A stretch of DNA of 63,946 bases, filler included, from Choristocarpus tenellus KU-1152 (taxonomy: Eukaryota; Protista; Phaeophyceae): assembly GCA_964200185.2 (NCBI GenBank). It is 13 parts of 13 records of this genome, joined end to end, with 100 filler letters (N's around TTAATTAATTAA, not from the genome) between each part and the next. Parts side by side here need not be neighbours in the genome. Positions count along the whole stretch, not along the records: positions 49,715 to 53,028 come from CAXNAD020020874.1; positions 53,129 to 61,294 come from CAXNAD020005055.1; positions 61,395 to 63,946 come from CAXNAD020026836.1; 10 more parts are not named here. One strand, given 5' to 3'. This document shows, piece after piece, positions 50,321 to 61,639 of this stretch. The translations under genes and the position numbers were made by a program. Below the pieces are notes generated by a model. That model ran no database searches. It had not been told where the DNA came from and saw only the letters and a program-made list of their open reading frames with translations. The first letter of the stretch is position 1; each line of letters opens with the position of its first letter.

Positions 50321-52679
50321 GTATCTCAAGGGCTTTTACTAAAACCCCTATTCCAAGTGGAATGTGGGACAAATCTATTTTTTGCTTTTTATCTGAATGA
50401 AAATATATATTTTCGAAATATTTGGGTGTTAAGAATTTTATTTTGGAATAAAGAAACATTTTTTTTATGGCACCTTTTCCAACTTTTCCCATTGTATTCC
50501 AACTTCCGGTTAGAATGAAGAGTGAAAATTAGGTTGACAATGAAAGTTTCATCCCAACTAAAAGCGCACCACATCTGATCGTTCTCGACGAGTCAAAACA
50601 GCTCCCATGAACTTTGTGTCCGTTAGTATCTTGGTGATACATGCGATTTGGTTTACTTTCCTTGCGTTCCATGTGGAAATCTTTTGGCGGAGGTAGGTAC
50701 ATACTTGCTCCTCAGTCAGTCTACTCCAATCAATTATCTCGTCTGGTTACGCTCAGTCTACTGACTTTATTGCGATGGTCCTGTTATGAAGACATCTGGT
50801 CAATACTGGGCGCACCTATGAAGATAGAACTGTATGAAATTCCTCGTATTGAGATTCTGATTGTGCCATGCTAATGACTCAAATCGCTTTCCAGCTTTGC
50901 CCCAACGGAATCACCACTTTCAAGGTGAGGAACCGACCTCCATAATGAAGCAGAAAAAGCCACAAATCATTCTGCCACTTCTTACAGACGAACTACGCTG
51001 CTAATTCACGCACGGTCTCCACACCTGGCCATGGTAGAGCTAACCGCCTGTCTTTTGGTGATACTCATCATCATGATACACGAGATATGTGTACAGGTGT
51101 GAATCTTGATGCGCATATTAGCCTTACTTTTATGAATGAAGGGCTTCAATGTTGTGATGACTCCTCGGTTTATCGTTGGGACAGACTCTAAGAGATAGTT
51201 GTTTCTCAGTTCAAAGAAGAGATAGACAATACCCTGCAGCAATGAAGATCTACGAGGTCGAAATTCATCTGCGCCATTCTGCTGTTCCCGAGGACCTCCA
51301 TAAAAATCGTCTCAACCACCCATCCATATGTCCCCTCTAACCTTTAGGAGGGATGGGTCTTCCCCTGTGTACTTTTTCTCGTCGCCAACACGTTGTCCAA
51401 CACATTTGCGATGACAGCCCACCTACTACGAGGATTGAGGGTGGTTATTGTGTCTCACATCGGTGAGCTCTGGGTGGGTTGCCTGATAAGTCTATACGCA
51501 CTTGGGATTTTCGATTTTCAGTGCGCTTGCAAGTTACTGCGCAACTGTTGAACTACTCTAATCTGGAGAATTAGTTTTATCATGGGGTGGTGGAATTACA
51601 TGTAGCAGTTTGTTGATGTAGAGAGTCGTAGACACCTGCTTGTAGGTATCAATAATCTAAATGTACATACTACTGTGCTTAGAAGGCATTGCGAACTCCA
51701 TGAGGTCTATTGCAAAATATTTCTTCTTCCACCCATAGCAAACACCTTGCCTAAAACTAGCAGCAATGTACCATCTGTACACCACAATCTCTAAGTGAGC
51801 CCAGCCTCTTTCTCTGAGGATAATATCTGCACTCTAGGTCTGACGACCCCCATCCCAATCCTGGGATTAGGACTAGTATACCCCCCTCGAGAAAGGCATC
51901 TTGAGCTTGAGCAAACAATATGCTAGGATGACAGCTTGACACTGCATCCCTATGTGATGGCAGGCAACCACAATTGATGCAGTATTGTGAATGTCGTATC
52001 CACCCATGCAGTAACAGCACTATATAGGTCCCCTGTTTGCTGATGCAGTCTCCTCGGATACAAGTTCACTATCAATAAATGCCAGGACATTGAATAGGTC
52101 AGGGGAGGAGAACACAAGTCAACCAAAATGAGACACTCCTATGGCAGCACCTTCAATTATTTTCACATTTTGCTCATAAATCCTCACACCACAACCCTCC
52201 CTGCACCTTAACCTGAATGACATGATACGATATCAACATGACAACTTCTGTACATTCTGGCTGTGAATCTTTCAGGATGGAGGCATAAATATTCTTGGGT
52301 GTTGAGGAGAAGGACCTCTATCTGTACATTTTCTGCATCATTTTTTTGGTCAGCATCCACAGCACTTGCCCTCTATCATTTCCACTCAATGAAGTATGGG
52401 TGAGAAGATTAGAACCATTGAGTTTACAACAACAGTGGTGATGTGAAGGTGTAGTGTAGTCTTACACCCCAAAGTCTCAGTACGCATGCCATTTCACCAC
52501 GATATTATAGTCATGGACAAACACGAAGGCTGGTTTCCTGGTGGTGGGCTTCTTACTTGATTGTGGCTGTTTTAGGCACTCTTTGCCTTTTCCTTTGTAC
52601 CCTCGTGTGCATTGATGCTCCTTAATACTTGCTCCAACACTGTGCCCACTCAGTGGTGCATTCAGGCGCAGAGAAACCT

Positions 52680-52910
52680 ACTACTGGACAAAATTGAAAT
52701 ACATCATAGAGAGGGACTGTATCCAGGACAAGCAATTCCATTGCGCTGTTAGTGATTTGTAATGATGCACACAATGCATTCGACCGAGCATTCGGGAAAA
52801 AATACAAACGCCTCCATCCAATTTGTTGGCATGAAAGGTGGCGTCATCGGGAGGATCAGAAGTGCCACATTCTTCAGGAATGGTATGTGTATGGCGTGCA
52901 AGGACTCTTG
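52680..52910 (-). mobile_element. Possible MULE transposase fragment
   Basis: PDDATFHANKLD…LSWIQSL resembles the MULE DxTyxtNk…W motif; short and decayed. Confidence 0.2.
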
Positions 52911-53299
52911 ATTGTGCTGGTGAATATCATGTTCTTATTCGAGCTCAACCGTGTCAATGACCGCATTAACATGGCCTCAGAGATAAGGCTCTGTGCTATG
53001 GTGATGGCAATCCATGGGGGTGAGCAGANNNNNNNNNNNNNNNNNNNNNNNNNNNNNNNNNNNNNNNNNNNNTTAATTAATTAANNNNNNNNNNNNNNNN
53101 NNNNNNNNNNNNNNNNNNNNNNNNNNNNCCCCCCAGATACTTTGAACTACTACTGCTGAACTCAATATGGAACGATGTTTTTTCCAACTGTGGATGAGAC
53201 GACAATACATCTCACTCTTGGAGTACACAGTAGTCTTAATATTATCGCAGCAATAGTCACAACAATAGCATTGTCAGTAACATAAAATAGAAATAGTTA

Positions 53300-53558
53300 G
53301 AGTCAAAGTATCTTAGAGGGTAGAGTTGCGTCCATTTGGGGGTCAAAATCCAATGTTGCGATTTCGATGTAATTTTGACTATCTTGTTTGTTAGGAAGTG
53401 TCAATATCTCTCTTTCGGACACACCTTTTCATAACGTATACATTTAACCTACTCCTAAACATTTTGGAGTAGGAAAATGTCATAAAAAAACTCATGGGAA
53501 GCCAAGCCCCAAATGTACAAACAGGGGAAACCTCATACCTTATAAGATACTTTCACTC
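53300..53558 (+). mobile_element. MITE family A
   Basis: Both TIRs; 3-bp TSD TTA confirmed by the empty paralogous site at ~53921-53935. Confidence 0.92.
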
Positions 53559-53612
53559 TTAAAACAATAAGAATGATAATTGTAACTGCTCGAGTATTTC
53601 TGCTGTTAGTAT

Positions 53613-53869
53613 GAGTTAAAGTATCTTAGAGGGTACAAGTTTTGCCCTGTGTGCCCATTTGAGGCTTGACTTCTCTCAGGGTTTATACGACATTTTCCTA
53701 CTCCAAAATATTTTGGAGTAGGTAAAATGTATACGTTATGAAAAGTGTGTCCGGAAAATGGATATTAATACTTCCAAACAAAAACGATAGCCAAAATTAC
53801 ATCAGAATCGCAACGTTGGATTTCGGCCCCCAAGTGGATGTGGCCCTACCCTCTAAGATACACTGGCTC
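53613..53869 (-). mobile_element. MITE family A
   Basis: Both TIRs; flanks TAT/TAT. Confidence 0.9.
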
Positions 53870-54596
53870 TATTGTCCCTTCAGATTAGCACACACGAGCA
53901 CCTCTCCTCAACATAAATAGAAATAGTTAAAACAATAAGAATGATACTTGTAACTGCTCGAGTATTTCTGTTGTAAGTATATTGTCCCTTCAGATCAGCA
54001 CACACGAACACCTCTCCTCACTCACCCTTTAACAGGGCAAGGGCGAGTGCTCACAACAGCCCTGCGTATGCTTTCGGGATCATAGTGCTGAGGCCCTGGC
54101 CCCTTACTCCCCTCACCCCCAGGAGATGCTGATGGCCTTTTTGAGCAGTGAAAACGGATGTGACATTGTGGGAGGAGCCCAGCATCAATAGCGACATCAT
54201 GTAACAGGCGGCCAAAACGTCAGAGAGTGGGGGTTTTATAGGAGTTAAAGTCGTTGGCCTGATGGCGGTGTGTGAGAGAGGGTATCTGTACAGCTTATGA
54301 AATCGTGTACCAGTTCGTTGCCTGCGTTGAAGTAAGCTGTTGCTGCTGGTGACCGAGTTCTTTGCGGTAGGGTTAGGGTTGTAGAATGAAACAACAGCAT
54401 GACTATCGTCATTTCAAGGAAATGCAATTCTAGTATATGGTGTTTGCATTTCGCCGCATTGTATATGCCATCCGACACCCAACCACTTCTCCCAAAATTT
54501 CAGGCAGCGGATATTTATTCATGACGTATCCTGTCATTTAACAACTTTCGAGATTGTCATGTACTGTACAAACTGTTTCATATCTCCCATGAACAA

Positions 54597-54774
54597 GGCT
54601 CAAAGTATCTGGGGGGTGGGGGGGGTCTACCCCAGGGTGTCCATTCGGGCCCTAACCAGAAGAAGTGTTTTTACATTATCCACCCGACACATGCAACCAA
54701 ATCACCCAAAAATCGCAACATGGAAAAATGGGCCCTGAATGGACAGCCGCCACCCACGCCAGATACTTTGAGCT
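54597..54774 (-). mobile_element. MITE family B, complete copy
   Basis: GGCTCAAAGTATCTGGGG…CCAGATACTTTGAGCT; 4-bp TSD ACAA. Confidence 0.9.
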
Positions 54775-54787
54775 ACAACCAACTGAT

Positions 54788-54829
<42 letters not shown>

Positions 54830-55467
54830 TTGGTGGACTAATGGAGTATGCAACAGAGGGAAGAGGAAAGATAACCTACTCAACATAGACGAGGGGATTG
54901 CTAATAGATCCACAATATGCTAGAGGGGGGCGGATCTAGGCCCTTTTAAGTGTTGAATATATTGGGGCATGCGAAAATATTTTTTTCCTGACAGACCCAC
55001 ATCTCATGCCCAAAATCCAACTATCCCCCGTCAAGAGGCTGCGACTGCTGAAGAGGAGGCAAACATTTGTCCACAAAGGTGTGATGCCGCCTTTCAGAGT
55101 ACTAAGAGCACATGTAGCAGAATGAAATCACCAAGGCCCGACCTACTCAGAGGCATGCCCCTCTAGGTTATCATAGCCCACACCCTACATACACGCCATC
55201 TACCATAGAGATCCCATCCATAGAGAAGAAGCGCCTTCCTTAAGAAAGGTGCAAACCTTTTTTTTTCAAACCATTATCACAGATTTGAACTGCATCTGTG
55301 GCTTCCATTTCTCATGCTGAAATGTCTATAGCGAATCCTCTTCTACAGGATCGGGAAGCACACCCCTAGTGGATTCCAGCCCATTTTCTCTTGCACAATT
55401 CACAGGGCTACATACAAAAAAACGGAGTTGGGAAGCCCGCACAACCGGAAACAGCGTGTCCTTCAGT

Positions 55468-58400
55468 TCATGTCCGATTTCGATTGGCTGGGGACCGCTC
55501 CATGACTGCGACAGAAACCTTTCGGAAGACGTAAAGCACGCAATCGATCTTGTACCACCACCAAATTAAGTTTTCGGAGTTGTTTGTTTTACGAGGGCAA
55601 CCATATGTATGTATATATTTTATATACCCAACCACCAACCAAAAAAACAAAAATATACATTAGTAAAAAAAGCTGTGTGTACAAATATGTCAAATCCCCA
55701 CCCTTAACATATTGCTTGCATGTATTTTGTTAGTTTCGCGACAGATAGGTACGGTTGGTTGGAGAACAAGTTGCCGCTTGGCATCCCATCGCATTGCATT
55801 GCATACGTGTGTGCGTGCGAGAGAGTGTTTTTGCAAGAGAAGTCTGGACCTTGTGTGTATTCATTTCAAGTCGACACATATGAATGGGTAAATGGACGAA
55901 TTGATAGAGACTCGAATACTAAAAAAACAGGACCAGAATATAAAAATAAATTGGTGGAGCACGAAGAAAGGTTTCTGTTTTGATGTGGTCACCGAACATC
56001 CACATCGCTCTCTCCACCCCTTCTTACCTCTGCGGGCTGCTTCCGAAGGACACACCAGGTACTCTCACACCCTTCTTGGTGAGCACGATCGCTCGTTTGA
56101 TGCTTTCCGGGTCAAAGCACTCCATCTGGCGCTCACGGCTTGCCTCCCTCGTTGCGATCTTATCGTTCACGCCATCAAAGAAGAAAAAACAAGACAAGAC
56201 CATTCCAAGTACCGATATGATATTTAGATGTTGGGGGAGCAAGGTATAGAAAGATAGATTGTCCTTCTCAGACAGAAAGAAACAGAAACACCAATTCCCA
56301 ACTAAAAAAACGCGTCACACTAAGAACACACACACACACACATACATACATACACATACACTTCTATCATTAGAAAAACTCAGTCTTCTGTCAGAACGCT
56401 GTCGTAGTCAAGGCGAGTTTAGGTTTGGTAGATGGGGCGGAGGTTAGAGTGGGTTGGTAAGTAACCGCCACTTCCACACAGATGCAGTGTAGCCTCTTAT
56501 GGCATACCCCACTTCTGCGATGGAGAAGAAGGGGTAGGGTAAGGATCACGAATGATAGCTTCAAAGGGTGGTAATTATGTCGATCGTGTGCTAGAGAGCT
56601 TTGCGGAGTAGATAGGGACTGTGATAATCACCTGCAGTGGCTTGGCGGAAAGCGGTCTCATATACACGCAAGGCACGCTTCTGTCCCTTGAGAGCGGTCG
56701 CTTGGCAATGGCGATGTCGTCTACCTTGTGCTGGTCTCAAGTCAAAACGCAGTGGGATGGCGAAGTAATGGATAAGGAGAGGGACGGATAGGTGCAGCAC
56801 TTTAGGGGACTACTGTCGGTACGGAGTGGGTACTTTACTGTGAACAGCTCGTTTGCCCGATTCAGCTAGAAGAGAGGGCACATTGATTTTTCTCGGGAGA
56901 TTCCGTTGCACCTGATCATAGAGCTCGACCATTTTTGGACGGGGAAATGAAAAGTGTCGTTGAGTGTAGTAGTTCTTGAGTTAAAGTATCTTAGAGGGTA
57001 GATCCGCGTCCATTTTGGGACCAAAATCAATTGTTGCGATTTCGATGCAGTTTTCACTATCTTGTTTGTTCGGAAGTATATATATCCTTGTTCCAAACAC
57101 ACCTTTCCATAGTTTTATGCGTGATACCTACTCTCAAAACGTATACATTTGACCTATTCCGAAACATTTCGGGGTAGGAAATGCTATTAAAAAACTCGTG
57201 GGAAGTCAAGCCCCAAACGGACAAACAGGGCAAAACTCGTACCCTATAAGATCATTTCACTCTCTTACCAGGCGTTTGAGTTCAGCTTCAGGCAAGGACA
57301 CTCAGATGGTAAGCAGGCACTCTACAACCCACACAATAAGGGAACGGAAGGGAAGGGAGGTAGGTAGGTAGGTAGGTCTTTTTTCATCTGACGGCAGGAG
57401 GAGCAGATAATATTTCAGATATCACCAGCGTACTGTTCGAATATGAATGTCCAGCACACAACACTAAAATCCAATAATACTTTGGGGAAAAAGCACACAC
57501 ATACACAGCTGTATTGCAACCAGAGCCATTTTGACTGTTACTAACCAAAACCAGTGTACGAAGCTGTATTTGTGTCATGCCTGCTAGGGTTGAAGTGCTG
57601 ACTACATTCGAAGATGAATGTATTACGAGCTATCCATGTCCATAAGTAGTTGGTTAACTTCAATGGCCAATCTTTCTGAAGCAGACTATATTGCCGATTT
57701 GCCGTTGGCCAAACATACACAGAGCGGGAAAGAATCCAACCCCCATGCACATACAGACATATGCACCTGTGCACAGACACATTATCAACGCACCAAAAAT
57801 GTAACCGACAAAATGTTCAAACGAAAACACTCTAGAGTCTATGGCGGAAGCATAGTAGCAATAAACAAAAGACAAAAATGCATGCCCCCCTCCCTGTTGC
57901 ATTCAAGACACCACGCGGGAAATAGGTCGGTTTGATGTGCACACGCTATTGACCAGAGCAAGATAGTCAGTCTTTCCACCACTTTAAGGTTGGTCTTCCT
58001 TAAGTCATGTCCCCTAATGCCTAGCCCCAGCCACAAACCATAAGGACTGCCTCACCACAGCATAGTGTCCTGGTCCAGGTGCACTCCCATTACCTCCCGA
58101 CGACATTCGAGCTGTGGCAGACCTTGGTCTTACGACTGGCGGCGTTCCAAAGCCTGGTGCAGTGACTGTTCGGAATCGGGATTCAGGCATGTGCCCCAAG
58201 GTCGTAGGGATCTTGTACTGAGAAGGGCCTGGAATTTTGTCCCGTACAGGCGTTGGTCGCTAGGACAAGGGAAGAGGCGAAGAGACTCAGGTTTGGTGAG
58301 TGTGTCTGCTGTGCAGTAGTTGGGCTTTCAAAGTTGCGGGAGAGGAGGAGTAGGAAGTGTGACGCGTTTAACTCATGAGGAGAATAAAAAACGAAATTAT

Positions 58401-60599
58401 TCTAGGGGTATGTATGCATGTAGGGGACATGATGCAGGGCGCGACATTCGCCATGTGCAAGATGGAGCACCCCCTGTGTGTATGTGTGCCTGCCAAGCTC
58501 ATCCTGTCGGGTGCTTTTCATCCTGTGACATAGTATTCAATCAGATGCATTTGCTACGTGCACAGCAAATCGTTGCGTCCTCCAGCACCTATGTACCTCT
58601 CCTCAAGTTTCAAAGTATGTCTCCTCAACGAGAACTCTACTGCACAAGTGCCACTTGCTTCTCTTCTGATGTATATAACACCCACACAACACCCACACGC
58701 GCGCGCGCGCATATACATACAGGTATGAGGGTTTTTGTGATCACAAAAAAAGAAAAATAACATGCACGCCCACTCTCTCTTGAATATTCGAGTATGTACC
58801 TGCTCCGCTGTACCAAACTTCACCCCAGGATGGATAGCACGGTCGCACTCGTGCCATGGATAGTGCCCTGGCCCAGGAACGTCCCTGGGGAGCACAGGTC
58901 GGAGAACTTGGGTGCGGCAGGAGCCATGCCAAAAAGGGATGATGTGTGGTGTGCTTATTGTCTTGCCTTGATTCATGTGATGCTGTGTCTAATGCTCCTA
59001 CTGAAAAATATCTGCGAGTGTTGCCACTCTGGAGTGTCTATCATGTACTACTCTGCTTCTTACGACTGAAGTGATTCAGGCACGTTTTTTGATTCGTACT
59101 GTGTGCTGACTAAGTGCGGCCTAGCAGTGCAAGCAATCCTCTCATCAGGTTGAAAAAGTGTTCTCAACAAAGGACCAGAGAAGTACGAAAGGCATTGACA
59201 ACCTCCGATGAACTCCCAGAAAAAATATCGTTCTGGGTTAAGGGGGGTCAATTTCCATAATGTGTACATGTTGAGCCAGAAATTCGGTCAGCGACGGTTT
59301 CACCTCAAGTTACGGGACCAATCAGAAACGACTGTTTCGTACCAAAAGAGTATTGCGATTCTGTTGTACGATGCCGATCAGTGTAGAAAAAAACCCAAGA
59401 AAGAATAGATGGCTAGATCGAGTACTATCCATGTGCTCCTAGATATACAAAAAGTAGTCAGAAACCCAATAAAACAGTTGGTATTACAAGGAGTAATGGT
59501 GTCATGTCAAAACAATAGGATGAGCTAGATCTCAAAAAACCTGGTGAGAATGTATGCTTATGTTTTCCAAGAAGGAGGACAGGCCCACTCGGGGATAGTA
59601 CCTTGGAGTGTATCCAAAACCCCTGTAACAGACCCAGTCAATGAGTTTCCATCATCCCAAGTAACACACGTGGATGGGCAGCAAGTCCATCTTTTCCTGT
59701 ACCTTCCATCTCCCCTCACACCTGTCCTATATAATTCTATCCTTCACTGCTATCCCCTACACATTGTTTGGGGACCTGGAGGATTCCCTGTATTTTGTCA
59801 CTGATATCCGTACTGCACACGCCTTCTCCGGTCTAAAACTCCTCACACTACCGGTGAGAAGGCTTGATTCTAACCTGGTGTAGAGTATAATGTCTCTCTT
59901 TGCCCCCTTAGCCCCGAAGTTGAAACCCTTGAAGGATTCCTTGGTAGACTCGAGCTGTTCTCCCAGGGCACTCCTTAGTGTGTACTGCCCTGCATAGTGT
60001 AAAGCATAGACGTGAGACTTTGTGGGGAAGAGTAAGAAGACTATTCGTAGAGACCGGAGAACAGCAAGTTGTGAAACATGGACCTTGAGTCTGAAGACGA
60101 ATTCAGCTGTTGGAGGTGTGTACAAGAGAGAGAGAGAGAGAGAGAGAGAGTTGAGACAATGGTTTTTGATTGGGCAAGGCCTAGATCAATTGTCCAAAAA
60201 GGGAAAGACTTGGAGGGAGAGAAACGGGCTGGACCCGAGATGGGGATGGAGAACCTGAAACAGGGCGAATCAACAGTAATCCCAGGGATTTAATCCAGCG
60301 ATGGGAGAAGGGAAGAAGAATGAGGTTTGGATCAGTGAGGCAAAGTGGAAATAACGAAGGCTGGTGAAATAAAAAAAAAGGAAAATGGTTCTAGTGACGC
60401 TGGAAAAGGAATATAAAGATTTTCTGGCAGCAGCATCAACATCCCAGATTCTCGTGGCAGGGTAAAAGAGCTCACCGGGTCCTGGCATTGGGGCTGGTTC
60501 TCCGGTCCTCTCCTTCCGCCAAGGAGCATCCCTCATGGAGTAGGATGGCCCTCGGAGTTGTGCACTACTGTTTGCTGATGCCGTCATCGGCCCAGGACT
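55468..60599 (-). CDS. Partial spliced gene encoding an ODF3/STPG (SHIPPO PGP-repeat) axonemal protein
   Basis: Phase-compatible exons 60599-60476, 59989-59875, 58884-58800, 58259-58056, 56724-56632, 56158-56069 and a tentative last exon 55518-55468. Repeats MPGPGQY…LGEQLEST, VPGPGHY, IPGPSQY, APGPGHY…AKRPLSRDRSVP match the PGPGxY repeat. 5' end not found. Confidence 0.85.
56978..57262 (+). mobile_element. MITE family A (intronic)
   Basis: Both TIRs; 4-bp TSD TCTT; small internal duplication. Confidence 0.9.
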
Positions 60600-60671
60600 C
60601 TTTGGCAAACAAGAGAGGTAAGAAATGTGAGAGAAGGATAGGCTAGGCATCTCTGAGAATAAGAATAAAAA

Positions 60672-60935
60672 GAGCCAAATTATCTTTTAGAGGGTAGAGC
60701 CGCCCGCATCCATTTGGGGCCAAAATCCAATGTTGCGATTTTAATGTAATTTTGGTCATCGTGTTTGTTAGGAAGTATCAACATCCATGTTCTGGACACA
60801 CCTTTTCATAACATACACATTTTACCTACTCCGAAACATATTGGAGTAGGAACATATCATAAATTACCCAATGGGAAGCCAAGTCTCAAATGGACAAACA
60901 GGGCAAAACTCGTACCCTCTAAGATACTTTCACTG
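60672..60935 (+). mobile_element. MITE family A
   Basis: GAGCCAAATTATCTTTTAGAGGGTA…TACCCTCTAAGATACTTTCACTG. Confidence 0.88.
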
Positions 60936-61639
60936 ATAAAGGCTCTACCAGCCGGACTAGGTGCCTCTGAGAAGAAGGCTGTATCAGCCAGTATCTGTGG
61001 ACCCACACATCGGCCATGGATTAAAGTCACGGCGTGTCGATCGAGGGTAGTTGAAGTGGGCATGGAGAGATTGAATGAAAAACACAGTTTACAGACCCGT
61101 GATTGAAGTGAGTCAGGTAGGAAGAGATTGTAAACTGATCGAGCTAACCATAACAGTGCCTACAGATCCCTTGCTTGGACAGTGCAGAACAAGAGGATGG
61201 AGGGGTTTGAATTTCATTGCTGCCTCAAAGTATCTAGGGGGGGGGGGGGGGGGGGGGGGGGCTTTGCTTTCGGCCCCCTTTTTTTCCTTGTGTTNNNNNN
61301 NNNNNNNNNNNNNNNNNNNNNNNNNNNNNNNNNNNNNNTTAATTAATTAANNNNNNNNNNNNNNNNNNNNNNNNNNNNNNNNNNNNNNNNNNNNCCTCCT
61401 TAATTAGCTCTAACGCTCCTATCGCCCTTCCGAAGCTGAGGCGTACGAGGGCAGGGGAGCACAGCGCATCATGAGTTAATCGACTGTTCACCAGGCTTGC
61501 AGTATCTTTAGGCATATCGTGCAAGGATGTATTCATCCTCGGGTATCTAACCTGCGGAGGGTCCCCTCACCATGACGGTAAATCAAGTGGTGCGTGTGCA
61601 GCCAACATTTGTTCGGTCGTGTGATTGTTGTGCCACAAC

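Noticed and set aside
56638-57308. Apparent plus-strand exons (GLAESGLIYTQG…; AFEFSFRQGHSD)
   Set aside because: The first overlaps a minus-strand exon that fits the STPG repeat pattern and phase; the second is an isolated 38-nt AG…GT with no support.
26913-60599. Apparent cluster of flagellar genes (dynein-like, MORN, STPG)
   Set aside because: They lie on different contigs joined by artificial spacers; physical linkage is not shown.
14173-61106. Recurrent short ORFs with peptides such as LYPLRYFDS, KWTNRAKLVPS or SKYLGGGG
   Set aside because: Translations of MITE families A and B, not a gene family.
5135-61394. Regularly recurring TTAATTAATTAA within N runs, and ORFs ending in …XXXLIN
   Set aside because: Artificial 100-bp six-frame-stop spacer joining contigs; not biological.
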